A stretch of DNA of 64,000 bases from an uncultured virus (IMG/VR IMGVR_UViG_2888703769_000002) (lineage: Duplodnaviria; Heunggongvirae; Uroviricota; Caudoviricetes), in the IMG/VR virus record IMGVR_UViG_2888703769_000002. One strand, 5' to 3'. Position 1 is the stretch's first letter; every line of letters starts with the position of its first letter. The position numbers and the translations under genes were made by a program. Positions 9,856-19,043 of the stretch are shown here, piece after piece. Under the pieces are notes generated by a model. The model worked only from the letters and a program-made list of their open reading frames with translations, was not told the origin of the DNA and did not search any database.

Positions 9856-12087
9856 CTACCACCTCCCGTCTCTCATCCGTTCTAAATCATACCCGTCCTG
9901 CTGAATGCGACTGATGTGCGGCTCTACAATACGCCCAACAACTTCACTATCCATCACGATAGGAGCGCCACCCTTCGTCTTAATCGCCTGCTCAATCGAA
10001 CTGAGCGCGCGAAGCATATCCGACGATAAGCCGGAATCTCCTCCGAGGCCCGCCGTATGCCCTGCGTCTATCATTCGCATAAGATTCGCCTGTTGCGCTT
10101 CAGTAAGCACCATTTCGTTACGCAGGGCCCGGATATCGACTTCGTGGCTCATCGGATTAGCAAATTGAGACGCTAGGCCGCCGATGTGAAGTTTATTGAT
10201 CTGCCCGAGGCCGATGACGCCGCCAGTGTGGTAGGTACCTTCGTTCCCTTTTCCCCGGCTTACAGCACGCTCCGTCTTCATAGAAACATCCGATGTAATT
10301 GTCGTGATGCGTTTCGTGATGTCCTTACTTAGAGCAGCGTTCATTCTTTGGGCTTCTGACGTAATATCCGCGACCCGACCCCTTGCGGTACGAAGGTTTG
10401 CGATCTCGTCGTCAATTGCTTTAACAGACTTTCGATACTCATCTGTTTTACGATCGGCTGCTGTCGTGTTGTTTTTCAGATTCGCCTTCGCATCTTGAAG
10501 GCGAGCGATCTCCTTATCGATTACTCTCACGCCTTCTCCCTTTTTAGCGTTTAAGCCGACTTGTCGCATCTCTAAATCCACTAGTTTTTGCTTAACAGTA
10601 TCGAGTTTATTTATCTCTTCATTTACCTTTTGTAGTTCTTCTTTTTTGCTTAGAAGCTTATCACCACTCGCCCCAAGTTGAGCCTGAAGTTCGCTTAGAA
10701 TCCGCTTTTCTGTACCTAGGATATTCTCCTTTTGTGCAGCGTCTTCTTTGTTTCCGGCCGCTTTCGCTTGTTTTATACTGTCTTCTATCCCCCTTACTTT
10801 CTCAAGCTGCTCCTCGGCTTTCACCTGATTTTCGCGATACTCCTCCGCAAGGCTATTTATCTTTTCTTGAAGCCTGCTTCTTTCATTGAGATTCTCAGTC
10901 TCTTTAGAGTCAAGTTTGGCTTTTTGAGTATTCAGTTCAATCCTTAATTCTTCGGCTTTTTCCTCAGTCAGCCGCTTTAACGCCTTAGTGTTTTTCGCGA
11001 ACGCATTACCTTGGTCTGTTATTGCCTTACTTGTGATAGGAGCCTTTTCTAGTACCTTGTCATTAAGCGAAAGATAGCGATCGAACTCATTATTTGTAAG
11101 ACCCGACTTTTTGCGCAGCCCCTCCTGCTCCTCCTTCATCAGTTTGATCGCGTGAGAATCAGTTTCCAATTTAATGCGATCGTTCAAGTCGAGATAGTGC
11201 GCCATCTCTTCTGCTGTAAGCTTTGTTTTGTTTTGAAGTTTTTCAAACTCAGTCGCTAAATTATTAATAGAATCTATCTCTTTTTGTTTGGCTTCGGCCG
11301 CCTCTAGGCTAACGGTGTTCACCTGATCGTATCCCGCTTTCACCCCGACAAGTGCTCCCGCTAATAAAGAGAGCCCGGTAATCACCCATCCAGCCGGACC
11401 CATCGCAACGAACAAACCGCGCACTGCGATTCCGAGCTTTAACATAGACGACGCTACCAGCGCCACCGCTGCCGCCGCGCCTGCCATTTCGAGGCCAGTC
11501 GTAATGATCCCCGGATTTAGTTCGCTAAGGAACTCGACCACTTTCGTACCGGTTTCGACAATTTTTCGGAAAGTAGGTAAAAACTCGTTACCGATCGCGA
11601 TTCCGAGACCGTCGAGCGCAGACGTAAACTGTTCGAATGACCCTTTGAGGTTATCCATCTGCGTTTTCGCTACTTTGTCCGCGGTCCCGCCGGCTTCCTT
11701 CAGCGTCTTCGAATAATTGCGCAGTCCCTTTTCTCCGACGCCCAAAAGCGTAACGAACCCGGAAGCCGCTTCAACTCCGACGAGCTGTGCCGCCGCTGCC
11801 GTTTTCTGCGCCGACGTCATCCCTTCGAACTTCTTCGAAATATGGCCGACGAGTTCGGGTATCGGCTTTAGATTTCCGTGGGCATCCTTTACCTCGATTC
11901 CGTACTTTTTCATCGCTTTGGCCGACTGGCCGACCGGATTCGTAAGGTGTAAGAGTGACGCACGAAGCGCCGTACCCGCCATCGATCCCTGAATACCGGC
12001 GTCTGACATTTTCGCAACGGCTGTCGCAGTATCTTCGATGGAGTATCCGAGAGAGTGCGCAACAGGGGCGACGAATTTCATTGCATC
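9856..12087 (-). CDS. Tape measure protein, exon 2
   Basis: DAMKFVAPVA...GIQGSMAGTALR continues the TP901-family core after the intron. Confidence 0.93.
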   Translation of the reverse strand, partial: DAMKFVAPVAHSLGYSIEDTATAVAKMSDAGIQGSMAGTALRASLLHLTNPVGQSAKAMKKYGIEVKDAHGNLKPIPELVGHISKKFEGMTSAQKTAAAAQLVGVEAASGFVTLLGVGEKGLRNYSKTLKEAGGTADKVAKTQMDNLKGSFEQFTSALDGLGIAIGNEFLPTFRKIVETGTKVVEFLSELNPGIITTGLEMAGAAAAVALVASSMLKLGIAVRGLFVAMGPAGWVITGLSLLAGALVGVKAGYDQVNTVSLEAAEAKQKEIDSINNLATEFEKLQNKTKLTAEEMAHYLDLNDRIKLETDSHAIKLMKEEQEGLRKKSGLTNNEFDRYLSLNDKVLEKAPITSKAITDQGNAFAKNTKALKRLTEEKAEELRIELNTQKAKLDSKETENLNERSRLQEKINSLAEEYRENQVKAEEQLEKVRGIEDSIKQAKAAGNKEDAAQKENILGTEKRILSELQAQLGASGDKLLSKKEELQKVNEEINKLDTVKQKLVDLEMRQVGLNAKKGEGVRVIDKEIARLQDAKANLKNNTTAADRKTDEYRKSVKAIDDEIANLRTARGRVADITSEAQRMNAALSKDITKRITTITSDVSMKTERAVSRGKGNEGTYHTGGVIGLGQINKLHIGGLASQFANPMSHEVDIRALRNEMVLTEAQQANLMRMIDAGHTAGLGGDSGLSSDMLRALSSIEQAIKTKGGAPIVMDSEVVGRIVEPHISRIQQDGYDLERMRDGRW

Positions 12088-12368
12088 CAGTTTGTTATCC
12101 TACCGGCTCTTTATCCGGTAGTTCTTACGGTTTCCCGCAAGCTCAGACTATATCTTCACCCACGCCAAAGACGTTAGGGTGCCACGCGCTCGTGGGTGTT
12201 TCGTCATAGCTAATACGCCGTAGACTACTTCACCTAGTCGTTACACGTTCCGCAAGTTTCCTATGCGGCTTCGCTCGGTATTCTCATATCACTTGAAAGT
12301 GACTTAGAGTTCACCGAATTCACGTGGTGTTACGCAGCTTGTTCCCAAGCAGCCGGGCAATTTTGTTT
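12088..12368 (-). ncRNA. Group I intron (281 nt, no ORF) in the tape measure gene
   Basis: Exon ends in U, intron ends in G; IGS GCCCGG pairs with UUGGGU; GUAACGACUA and AAGAUAUAGUC core; splicing restores TDLPQLG|DAMKF. Confidence 0.93.
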
Positions 12369-12938
12369 ACCCAATTGCGGCAGATCCGTATTGGCCGTCG
12401 TCATCGCTTTTACGAGTACGTCAACGGCATGCCCGGAGTCTTCCGCTTTAATGCCGAAGCCGGTCATGATGTTCGAAACGATATCCGCTGAACGTCCGAG
12501 TCCTTCGCCTGAAGCTGCCGCCAAGTTGAGCACGGCCGGCAACGATCCGACTTGCGCTTTTACGCTGAAGCCCGCCATCGCAAGGTATTGAAGACCCTCG
12601 GCCGCCTCTACTGCGGTATATTTTGTTTCGGCGCCCATCTTAGCCGCGATGTTCTTCAGATCTTCGAAGTCCTGACCGGTCGCGCCGCTGATCGCTTTAA
12701 CTCGCGACATGGCCTCCTCGAAGTCAGCCGCCTTTTTGACGGAAACGCCGATACCGGCTACGACTGCGCCTCCGACCGCAAGCGAAGCCTTTTGGATGAG
12801 GCCCATTTGTTTCGAGAGATTCGCAGATGAACGGCCCATTTGATCCATATCGCTTCGAGCTTGCTGAGATCGACGGGACCAGTCCGCCATGTCTAATACG
12901 AGACGCGCCCGTATTTCTCCGACTGTTGTTCCGGCCAT
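12369..12938 (-). CDS. Tape measure protein, exon 1 (spliced product 933 aa)
   Basis: AADFEEAMSRVKAISGAT, LQYLAMAGF TP901 TMP motifs. Confidence 0.93.
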
Positions 12939-13310
12939 CTATTTACCTCCTTTCCGAAAATTACCCTGTAAAGCCCGTAGTTGTTCGAATTTCTCACGGT
13001 CGAATTTCACTTCAGGGCGAAGTCCTGCCGCCCGAATCAACGTATTCATGAGCTGTTTATACTCGTCGTCCTCACTAGCCCGGCTGTTCGTCGCGAGAAG
13101 TACACGAATGTCTTCTATGCGCCTTACCGCGCCTTGCTTCGTCTTAGCGCGCACAAATTTCGGTATATCCACCATATAAAACTCGTTTTCTATCTGATGC
13201 TGCGTGACGCCTAAACTGATAGCCGCTTCGATCAGATAGTCGTCAATCGTATACGGATCGCCCTCTTCGTCTACTTTTCGAGTTTCGGAAGAAGGCTCTT
13301 CACGTTTTTT
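12939..13310 (-). CDS. Tail assembly chaperone, -1 frameshift extension (gpGT-like)
   Basis: The -1 frame is open from the slippery site into ORF 12939..13175. Confidence 0.75.
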   Translation of the reverse strand, partial: KKREEPSSETRKVDEEGDPYTIDDYLIEAAISLGVTQHQIENEFYMVDIPKFVRAKTKQGAVRRIEDIRVLLATNSRASEDDEYKQLMNTLIRAAGLRPEVKFDREKFEQLRALQGNFRKGGK

Positions 13311-13642
13311 GCTTGCGAATCAAGACGGTTCTTTTTAACGGTGAGCGTGAGGTATTCGATAATTTCGTCAGTCCCGACTTCCTCTCGGATATACTCAGCT
13401 TCGACGCCACTTAACAACGCAGTAATCTCGACAATTTCATCCAAACCGATATCGATCGCGTTTACTAAATACGGATAGAAAGCTGTTTTAGGCGCGCTGA
13501 TGACTTGCAAGATAAGGCTCGGAATTTTATCGAGTGCTAAGAAAAGCTGTTTCCACTTAGCCGGAGTAAGCTTAGCGACCTCGACCGGATACTTGCCAAG
13601 CTGAACCGCGTCAGTTTCCTTTTTCTTTCCGAAGATGTTCAT
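13271..13642 (-). CDS. Tail assembly chaperone (gpG-like)
   Basis: Lies between major tail and TMP genes; A AAA AAC slippery heptamer near the 3' end. Confidence 0.8.
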   Translation of the reverse strand: MNIFGKKKETDAVQLGKYPVEVAKLTPAKWKQLFLALDKIPSLILQVISAPKTAFYPYLVNAIDIGLDEIVEITALLSGVEAEYIREEVGTDEIIEYLTLTVKKNRLDSQAKNVKSLLPKLEK

Positions 13643-13700
13643 ACGATTCTCCTCTCGTGTAAATAAAAAGACACCGCCTCCCGACGATGCCTTTCGTTTG

Positions 13701-14255
13701 TTATTCGCTGCCAGTGCCGGAAGAGGTCCCGGCCGTTTCGTCGCCCATAATAAAAAGATCGCCTTCTCCCATCGTGTCCGGATAACCGGTAAACGTTAGG
13801 TTGGCGATCCTCTCATTATCGGAATCATACGTATATTCAATGTCAGTCGATGCGCCAGCTAATGGAATCGTTAGCCAGTCATTGGCCGTCGCTTCCGGAT
13901 CTGTCGGCTTAATTCGTAAAGGCTTCGCGTCCTTCAGCAAGTCATATCCGGCTTTACCGCTGACTACAAGCTTCTTTTTGTCTCCGTCAGACACGTACTT
14001 ACTGTTCGGAACCGCCTTATGAATCTTTTCTAAATCATAGATCGCAAACGGTACGGTACATTCGCAAGTTCCGCCCTTTGTCCGTGAGCCTACGATCGAG
14101 TCACCGTATTGGTCGACTGTTGTATCCTGCTTAGACATCTGCGCCTTAAAAACGATGCCGCCCTTCGTGATGTCAAACGTCACCATATCCTTGCCCTCGC
14201 CGTACTCGACGATTGCGGGGCCGATAGGAACTTGAATCGTTTTAATTCCAGCCAT
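13701..14255 (-). CDS. Major tail (tube) protein
   Basis: IGPAIVEYG, TKGGI, VDQYG motifs; synteny. Confidence 0.85.
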   Translation of the reverse strand: MAGIKTIQVPIGPAIVEYGEGKDMVTFDITKGGIVFKAQMSKQDTTVDQYGDSIVGSRTKGGTCECTVPFAIYDLEKIHKAVPNSKYVSDGDKKKLVVSGKAGYDLLKDAKPLRIKPTDPEATANDWLTIPLAGASTDIEYTYDSDNERIANLTFTGYPDTMGEGDLFIMGDETAGTSSGTGSE

Positions 14256-14279
14256 CTGTTTTCCTCCTTTATTTTTGCA

Positions 14280-14669
14280 TTAAAAAAGCGCCCGGTCAGG
14301 GCGCACTACACAATCGAAATTCAACGAGTATTGGGGACGATCGTTGTCGTCGTATCCGATAAATAACGGCACCGAATTTGCCGCCCGGATAACAACGATA
14401 GAGCTATTACCGATAAACACTTCACGGAGATTCGTTAGCGCTTCCTGAAGCTGATACGCTTTCTCTTCGCAATCAGCGTCGCCTCGCGCCTTTCCCCGTA
14501 CGATTATTTGAAACGAAGGCTGACTCTTTCTGGTCCATTGAGACGGAGGAAATCCGCCTGTAAATCGCACATAAGTACATTCGTCTGCCGCATTTCGCGG
14601 GAATCCGTTTGCGTAATAAACGCCGTCAACCCGCGACTGTATGAACGAGATTAATTCGGTTATCTTCAA
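14280..14669 (-). CDS. Tail terminator / minor capsid-family protein
   Basis: PSFQIIVRG, IGYDDNDRPQYSLNF; synteny. Confidence 0.75.
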   Translation of the reverse strand: MKITELISFIQSRVDGVYYANGFPRNAADECTYVRFTGGFPPSQWTRKSQPSFQIIVRGKARGDADCEEKAYQLQEALTNLREVFIGNSSIVVIRAANSVPLFIGYDDNDRPQYSLNFDCVVRPDRALF

Positions 14670-14675
14670 CGATTA

Positions 14676-15082
14676 TCACAACTCCCTTCTCACCGCGTCT
14701 GCTACGTGATTAATGTATTTCTGCGATTCACCTTTCAGCGGACGTTCCAGATATTTGTTACCGACCGGATAGCCGCTAATGCCGCCTGCACCTGCCGAAA
14801 CTGGCCCGAGGTTGTATTCCGCTTCATGAGTCCATAGCGCGTAGTTAAAGCCTTTATCAACGGCTCGGAACGATACTTCACCGATCAGACTATCGCGTTT
14901 TAACGTAACCTTCTTTTTCATGCCGCGACGAGCGTGGCTTTGTCTATCGGGGCAATGTTTTGCGCAAGTCTAGCGAGGTCATCCGTGTTATCATGCATCG
15001 CTGTCTTTGCTGCCTGCTCAACGGCTACCTCTCGGCTATCCAATAACGATAGAAAATCGCCAGCATCCAGTGTAAAGCTCAT
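14676..15082 (-). pseudogene. HK97 gp10-like tail completion gene with an apparent 1-nt frameshift near 14931
   Basis: MSFTLDAG...APIDKATL runs out of frame with RRGMKKKV...YALWTHE...KYLERPL. Confidence 0.75.
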
Positions 15083-15414
15083 ACGATTACCTCGGTCAGA
15101 ATCGGCTTACCACTGACTTGCCGCTTTACGTTTATTTCCTTCGGCTTACGCTCAATGGTTTCGCCCAGCTCGTTTGTGAATGCGAGTGTATCCGTATACC
15201 TGATGTCGGCTAATTTATCGACCAATATACGCGCCGTGGCTACGACTTCCTCGCTCTTCACAACGCCGGAAGAACGTGAATTCGCAATAGTAGATCCTTC
15301 GTCGATTCGGCACTTAATTTCGAACGGCTCGACGTCCACCGGGTTTCCCCACACGTCTATATCATCTGAAGCACGAGTAACGGTCACGGTCTGACGCATC
15401 GGTATGATCGCCAA
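15079..15414 (-). CDS. Head closure / head-tail joining protein
   Basis: DVWGNP motif, size and synteny. Confidence 0.7.
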   Translation of the reverse strand: MAIIPMRQTVTVTRASDDIDVWGNPVDVEPFEIKCRIDEGSTIANSRSSGVVKSEEVVATARILVDKLADIRYTDTLAFTNELGETIERKPKEINVKRQVSGKPILTEVIV

Positions 15415-15801
15415 TTACATCACCGTCGCTTTTACGGTCCGGCCGCTAAGTTTCACATCGTTCGCTTCTTCGATCAGATCGATCGTCTTTTTCGGTATGA
15501 GAGACTCATCGTCAGCTCGAAGCGTCTCCTTATACGTAAACGACCCGACGCCGGTGATTGAGTAAGACGCGATGCCGTGCTTATTCAGACGGTTCGTATC
15601 GTTATAAGCAGTCGCAAGCACGTTCGTAAACTCGTAAACTGCGTCATCAGGAATGACGTACTTACGAAACTTTCGAGCCAAGACGTCTTCGGCTACGTTT
15701 AGTACCCGCTGCTGCTTCGCGCCGTCATAGTCGTTCCAGTCCTCATTATCGATTGTCATTCGGTTGATATATTCGTTCGCAGCTTCTACACTTAAAGCCA
15801 T
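15415..15801 (-). CDS. Head-tail adaptor protein
   Basis: RBS AAGGAGG before MALSVEAANEYI; GIASYSITG; synteny. Confidence 0.7.
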   Translation of the reverse strand: MALSVEAANEYINRMTIDNEDWNDYDGAKQQRVLNVAEDVLARKFRKYVIPDDAVYEFTNVLATAYNDTNRLNKHGIASYSITGVGSFTYKETLRADDESLIPKKTIDLIEEANDVKLSGRTVKATVM

Positions 15802-15814
15802 GCGCACCGCCTCC

Positions 15815-16033
15815 TTATTTTCCGGAGGACTTACGTGCAGGCTTTTTCGGCGCCTTTGCCTCCGCCTTTTCCGTCTCATCGTCTGATACAACACAGCTAA
15901 TCCATCGCGGACATAATGCATTCAACTGCTTAATTTCGGCCGGAACATCGGTTTCGTAAACGCCTTTGTGATCGAAAACGATCGTCTGGTCAGTGCCTAC
16001 GGAATAAAACGGAGAGGCTTTATAGACGGCCAT
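15815..16033 (-). CDS. Small head-associated protein
   Basis: ORF in the head operon with a basic tail. Confidence 0.65.
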   Translation of the reverse strand: MAVYKASPFYSVGTDQTIVFDHKGVYETDVPAEIKQLNALCPRWISCVVSDDETEKAEAKAPKKPARKSSGK

Positions 16034-16035
16034 TA

Positions 16036-16290
16036 TTAAGAGCCGGCTCCTTCTAACGCTTTAAGCCTCGCAATGATGTCGTCATACTGCGCTTTGGTTC
16101 CGAACCCGTCCGCTCCTTTTGGTCCGGTATCGCCTTTCGGTCCTTGGGGTCCGGTGTCCCCTTTATCACCTTTTGGACCGGCCGTGCCTCCGCCTTCCTG
16201 TAATTCCTGAATGATGTCACCGAGCTTTAGATCGTTGGCGACTGGCATAGATTCATTTAATCTTCGTTTCTGGTCATCTGTAATTGCCAT
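16036..16290 (-). CDS. Collagen-like head fibre/decoration protein
   Basis: Gly-X-Y repeats GPKGDKGDTGPQGPKGDTGPKG; follows the capsid gene. Confidence 0.8.
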   Translation of the reverse strand: MAITDDQKRRLNESMPVANDLKLGDIIQELQEGGGTAGPKGDKGDTGPQGPKGDTGPKGADGFGTKAQYDDIIARLKALEGAGS

Positions 16291-16310
16291 TGTTGGCCTC
16301 CTTTCAAATT

Positions 16311-16333
16311 AAAAAGACGGGCCGAAGCCCGTC
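16311..16333 (-). terminator. Terminator after major capsid gene
   Basis: GACGGGC TTCG GCCCGTC TTTTT. Confidence 0.85.
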
Positions 16334-16341
16334 GATTGTCA

Positions 16342-17445
16342 TTAAGATACAGTTGTCGAGATGTTTTCGAGAATGGCGATTTTTTCATTCGCGTTTTTGA
16401 CCTTGATTCCGTATTCGCCACGGATCTGACGCGCAACAAAGTCAGCTCCCGGAACTGTGGCATCCTCGTCGTAGACAGAACGGCCATTCAGTGGGTGCAG
16501 AGAAAGAATGCTACGGTCGAAAAGTGCGATTTTGTCTTTAGGGAAGTTCGGATCTACGACTACAGTCGCGACTCCGCCGCCAACCATATCAGAAACGAAT
16601 GTGCTTACGCGGTGGCCTGTAGCCGCGTCCGTTCTCTCTGTTCGAATAGTATCCGTCGCCATTTTAGAGATTTGACGAGCACCCGCGGTGTTTGTAAGGA
16701 TTGTATTTGCTGAACCGCCGCGCTGATATACTTTTTCCATTAATGCATTAATATCTTTCGCTTGAACCTCTGCTCCTTTCAGGTTAGCTTTAGCAGCGTC
16801 CTTCAAGTTCGCAAAGTTCAATAAGCCGCCAGTCATACGAGGCTTGCCGTCAATTCTGCGGCCGTAGATCAACCAGTCGTTAAATTCACGCGCCATCTCT
16901 TTAAGACGTAGTTTTACTTGATAATCAAGCTCATTCGATACGTTATGTGTACGGACTGCTTGTTGAGTATTCGATACGGCCGCATATCTTTCAATGATTT
17001 GCGTGAAGTTGTAATCTACATAACGGTCGTGACCTTCATCGATACCGACGCCAGCACCTTCATTTTGCGGACGAGAAACAATACGCAGCTCAGAGCCGGC
17101 CTTGAGTTCCTCTTGAACTGTTCCGTCAAATCCGCGGACAACAGTGAGCACATCGCCGGACACGTTCGTAACTTTCAGATACTCTTCGCCAAAAACGACA
17201 ATGGCATCTTTACGGAACTTCTCTCCGTCATCTTCCGCCACAGTAATTTTTCCATCTTCCGCTACCGATTTAACAGTCGCGAGGTTTGAGTTCAATCGAT
17301 CAGACATCCACTCGAATTTAGTCTGATAGAGCGCCTCTCCGTTTAAGCCGATTAGACCGAGTAATGTCGGTTCATCCTGAATAATAAGGTCAATCCCGGC
17401 GTCAAGCTGTCGTACCTGATCTTTAAAATCGTAACTAGTTAACAT
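16342..17445 (-). CDS. Major capsid protein (DUF5309/SU10-like) with an inserted beta domain
   Basis: TKFEWMSD, NFTQII, RMTGGL, GEYGIKV; follows the scaffold gene. Confidence 0.88.
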   Translation of the reverse strand: MLTSYDFKDQVRQLDAGIDLIIQDEPTLLGLIGLNGEALYQTKFEWMSDRLNSNLATVKSVAEDGKITVAEDDGEKFRKDAIVVFGEEYLKVTNVSGDVLTVVRGFDGTVQEELKAGSELRIVSRPQNEGAGVGIDEGHDRYVDYNFTQIIERYAAVSNTQQAVRTHNVSNELDYQVKLRLKEMAREFNDWLIYGRRIDGKPRMTGGLLNFANLKDAAKANLKGAEVQAKDINALMEKVYQRGGSANTILTNTAGARQISKMATDTIRTERTDAATGHRVSTFVSDMVGGGVATVVVDPNFPKDKIALFDRSILSLHPLNGRSVYDEDATVPGADFVARQIRGEYGIKVKNANEKIAILENISTTVS

Positions 17446-17456
17446 TTATTTTCCCC

Positions 17457-18128
17457 CTACTTCTTCAAAAGTGATTTCAATTTGTTTGAAAGCTCGATAA
17501 CCTTCGAAAAATTCTTTTCTTTCTTCGCTTCGCTTAGCTGCGCTTCTAACGTCTTGATTTCGCCGCCGTCTCCGTCTCCTCCGCTATTAGAGGGTTGGCC
17601 GATCGGCTTCAGCGTTTGTTGTTTCGCAACCAAGTACGGTTTATTGTCAACGAGCCCCTTTACAACGTCCTCCATACCGATTACTTTTCCGTCCTCAACC
17701 TTTACCGCGGATAGGTCAGCCAGACGTAAAGCATCGTCAATGTAGGCGATGCCGTTGCTCGTAGCAACCTTGATAAATTCGTTCGCCACTTTTTCCTGTT
17801 CAGCAGCCGCTTTTAAATCTTCGATCTGCTTTACGAAGGTGGCTTCAGCTTCGGCCTTTTCGTCGAGCTGTTTCGTAAGCTTTTCCAGCTCGGTCATTTC
17901 CGCCTCTTCTCGCTCTTTCTGGGCTTTTTCGTAATCGCTAAGTTTCGCCTTCACTTCGTCATAGTCAGCGTACTTGTTCTTAACGCGCCCCTTTTCGCGA
18001 GCAATTACAGCGTTAAATTCCTCTTGCGTCATAGTCACCGTCTGCGCTTCAGGTTTATTTTCCGGCACCTCAGCCGTAGTTTGATCGGTAACCTCGCTTG
18101 TTTGCGTTTCTTTAAGTTCTTCGCTCAT
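17457..18128 (-). CDS. Capsid scaffolding protein
   Basis: Acidic coiled coil, TQEEFNAVI, KPYL; directly before the capsid gene. Confidence 0.85.
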   Translation of the reverse strand: MSEELKETQTSEVTDQTTAEVPENKPEAQTVTMTQEEFNAVIAREKGRVKNKYADYDEVKAKLSDYEKAQKEREEAEMTELEKLTKQLDEKAEAEATFVKQIEDLKAAAEQEKVANEFIKVATSNGIAYIDDALRLADLSAVKVEDGKVIGMEDVVKGLVDNKPYLVAKQQTLKPIGQPSNSGGDGDGGEIKTLEAQLSEAKKEKNFSKVIELSNKLKSLLKK

Positions 18129-18218
18129 ACAGTCCCTCCACCGCTTAAAGCCCGTCGGCTATTGAGTGATGCAGCCGTTTCTTTTAACGTCATAACGTTC
18201 GGACAAAATAAAAAAGCG

Positions 18219-19043
18219 CTACACGGCGCTTGATGGGTTTCTTATTGTAGAAATTACGTGCTTACAACGCGGGTGAAATATCTCCCCGGTCGCTTTGAGT
18301 TCGTCATATGTCGGATAATTGCCGGGAGCATCGTCGGTCAGCTTAATGATTTGTCCCTCGTGGAGACGGCATAGATCCTTCGCCCCGTGAGACGAAATTT
18401 GCGCATAATAAGCTCCGCGACTTACCGCCTCATTCGTATGGGCTTCCCGATAGGTTTCCATCATCTTTGTGCGGACGACCATATCCGCATACACTTCCGG
18501 CTTCCATCGATTTCCCCTCACATCAATAATCCCGGTACTCACCGAAGCTCGAAGAGACTTGCGCACCATATCCGTTATGCTCCGCCGTCCGTTCGTCCCT
18601 TTGGTCATATTAAGCCGCATCGAATCCGAAACGGCTTTCCTCACGGCGGCCCGCGTCTTCCTATCGACGTTTTGCGTAATTGCTAATAAATCCGACTGCG
18701 TATCCGCTACAGCAGCCGCAACCATGTACTCGTTTACCTCGTTAAAAGCAACGACCTTTTCCGCGTCCGCCACCGTCTTTGCTACGTCCAGAACGACCAG
18801 TGCACGCGCAATACCATCGGTGGCCGCCTTCGGAACATTCTTTTTGACCCATGCGGAAGATTTTTCGTCTAAATCGCTGAGGATCTCGCTAATAGATTTC
18901 AAGGTCGCCAACGCGTTAGCCCTTCGAAAATTATCGAGGTCAATTCGTTCAAGCTCCGCCAAGATGTCTCGGACCGCTTCCTGATAATACCCGGCAAGTC
19001 GATTCGTCTGATAATCGTATTGAGGCTCAGGAGAACGAGGCAT
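18219..19043 (-). CDS. Minor capsid / head morphogenesis protein (SPP1 gp7-like)
   Basis: SSHGAKDLC and FHPRCKH motifs; follows portal. Confidence 0.85.
   Translation of the reverse strand: MPRSPEPQYDYQTNRLAGYYQEAVRDILAELERIDLDNFRRANALATLKSISEILSDLDEKSSAWVKKNVPKAATDGIARALVVLDVAKTVADAEKVVAFNEVNEYMVAAAVADTQSDLLAITQNVDRKTRAAVRKAVSDSMRLNMTKGTNGRRSITDMVRKSLRASVSTGIIDVRGNRWKPEVYADMVVRTKMMETYREAHTNEAVSRGAYYAQISSHGAKDLCRLHEGQIIKLTDDAPGNYPTYDELKATGEIFHPRCKHVISTIRNPSSAV

Noticed and set aside
9856..12938. Tape measure gene as a broken pseudogene
   Set aside because: The gap has group I intron hallmarks and splicing restores the frame
16110..16180. Short nucleotide repeats
   Set aside because: They simply encode collagen Gly-X-Y triplets
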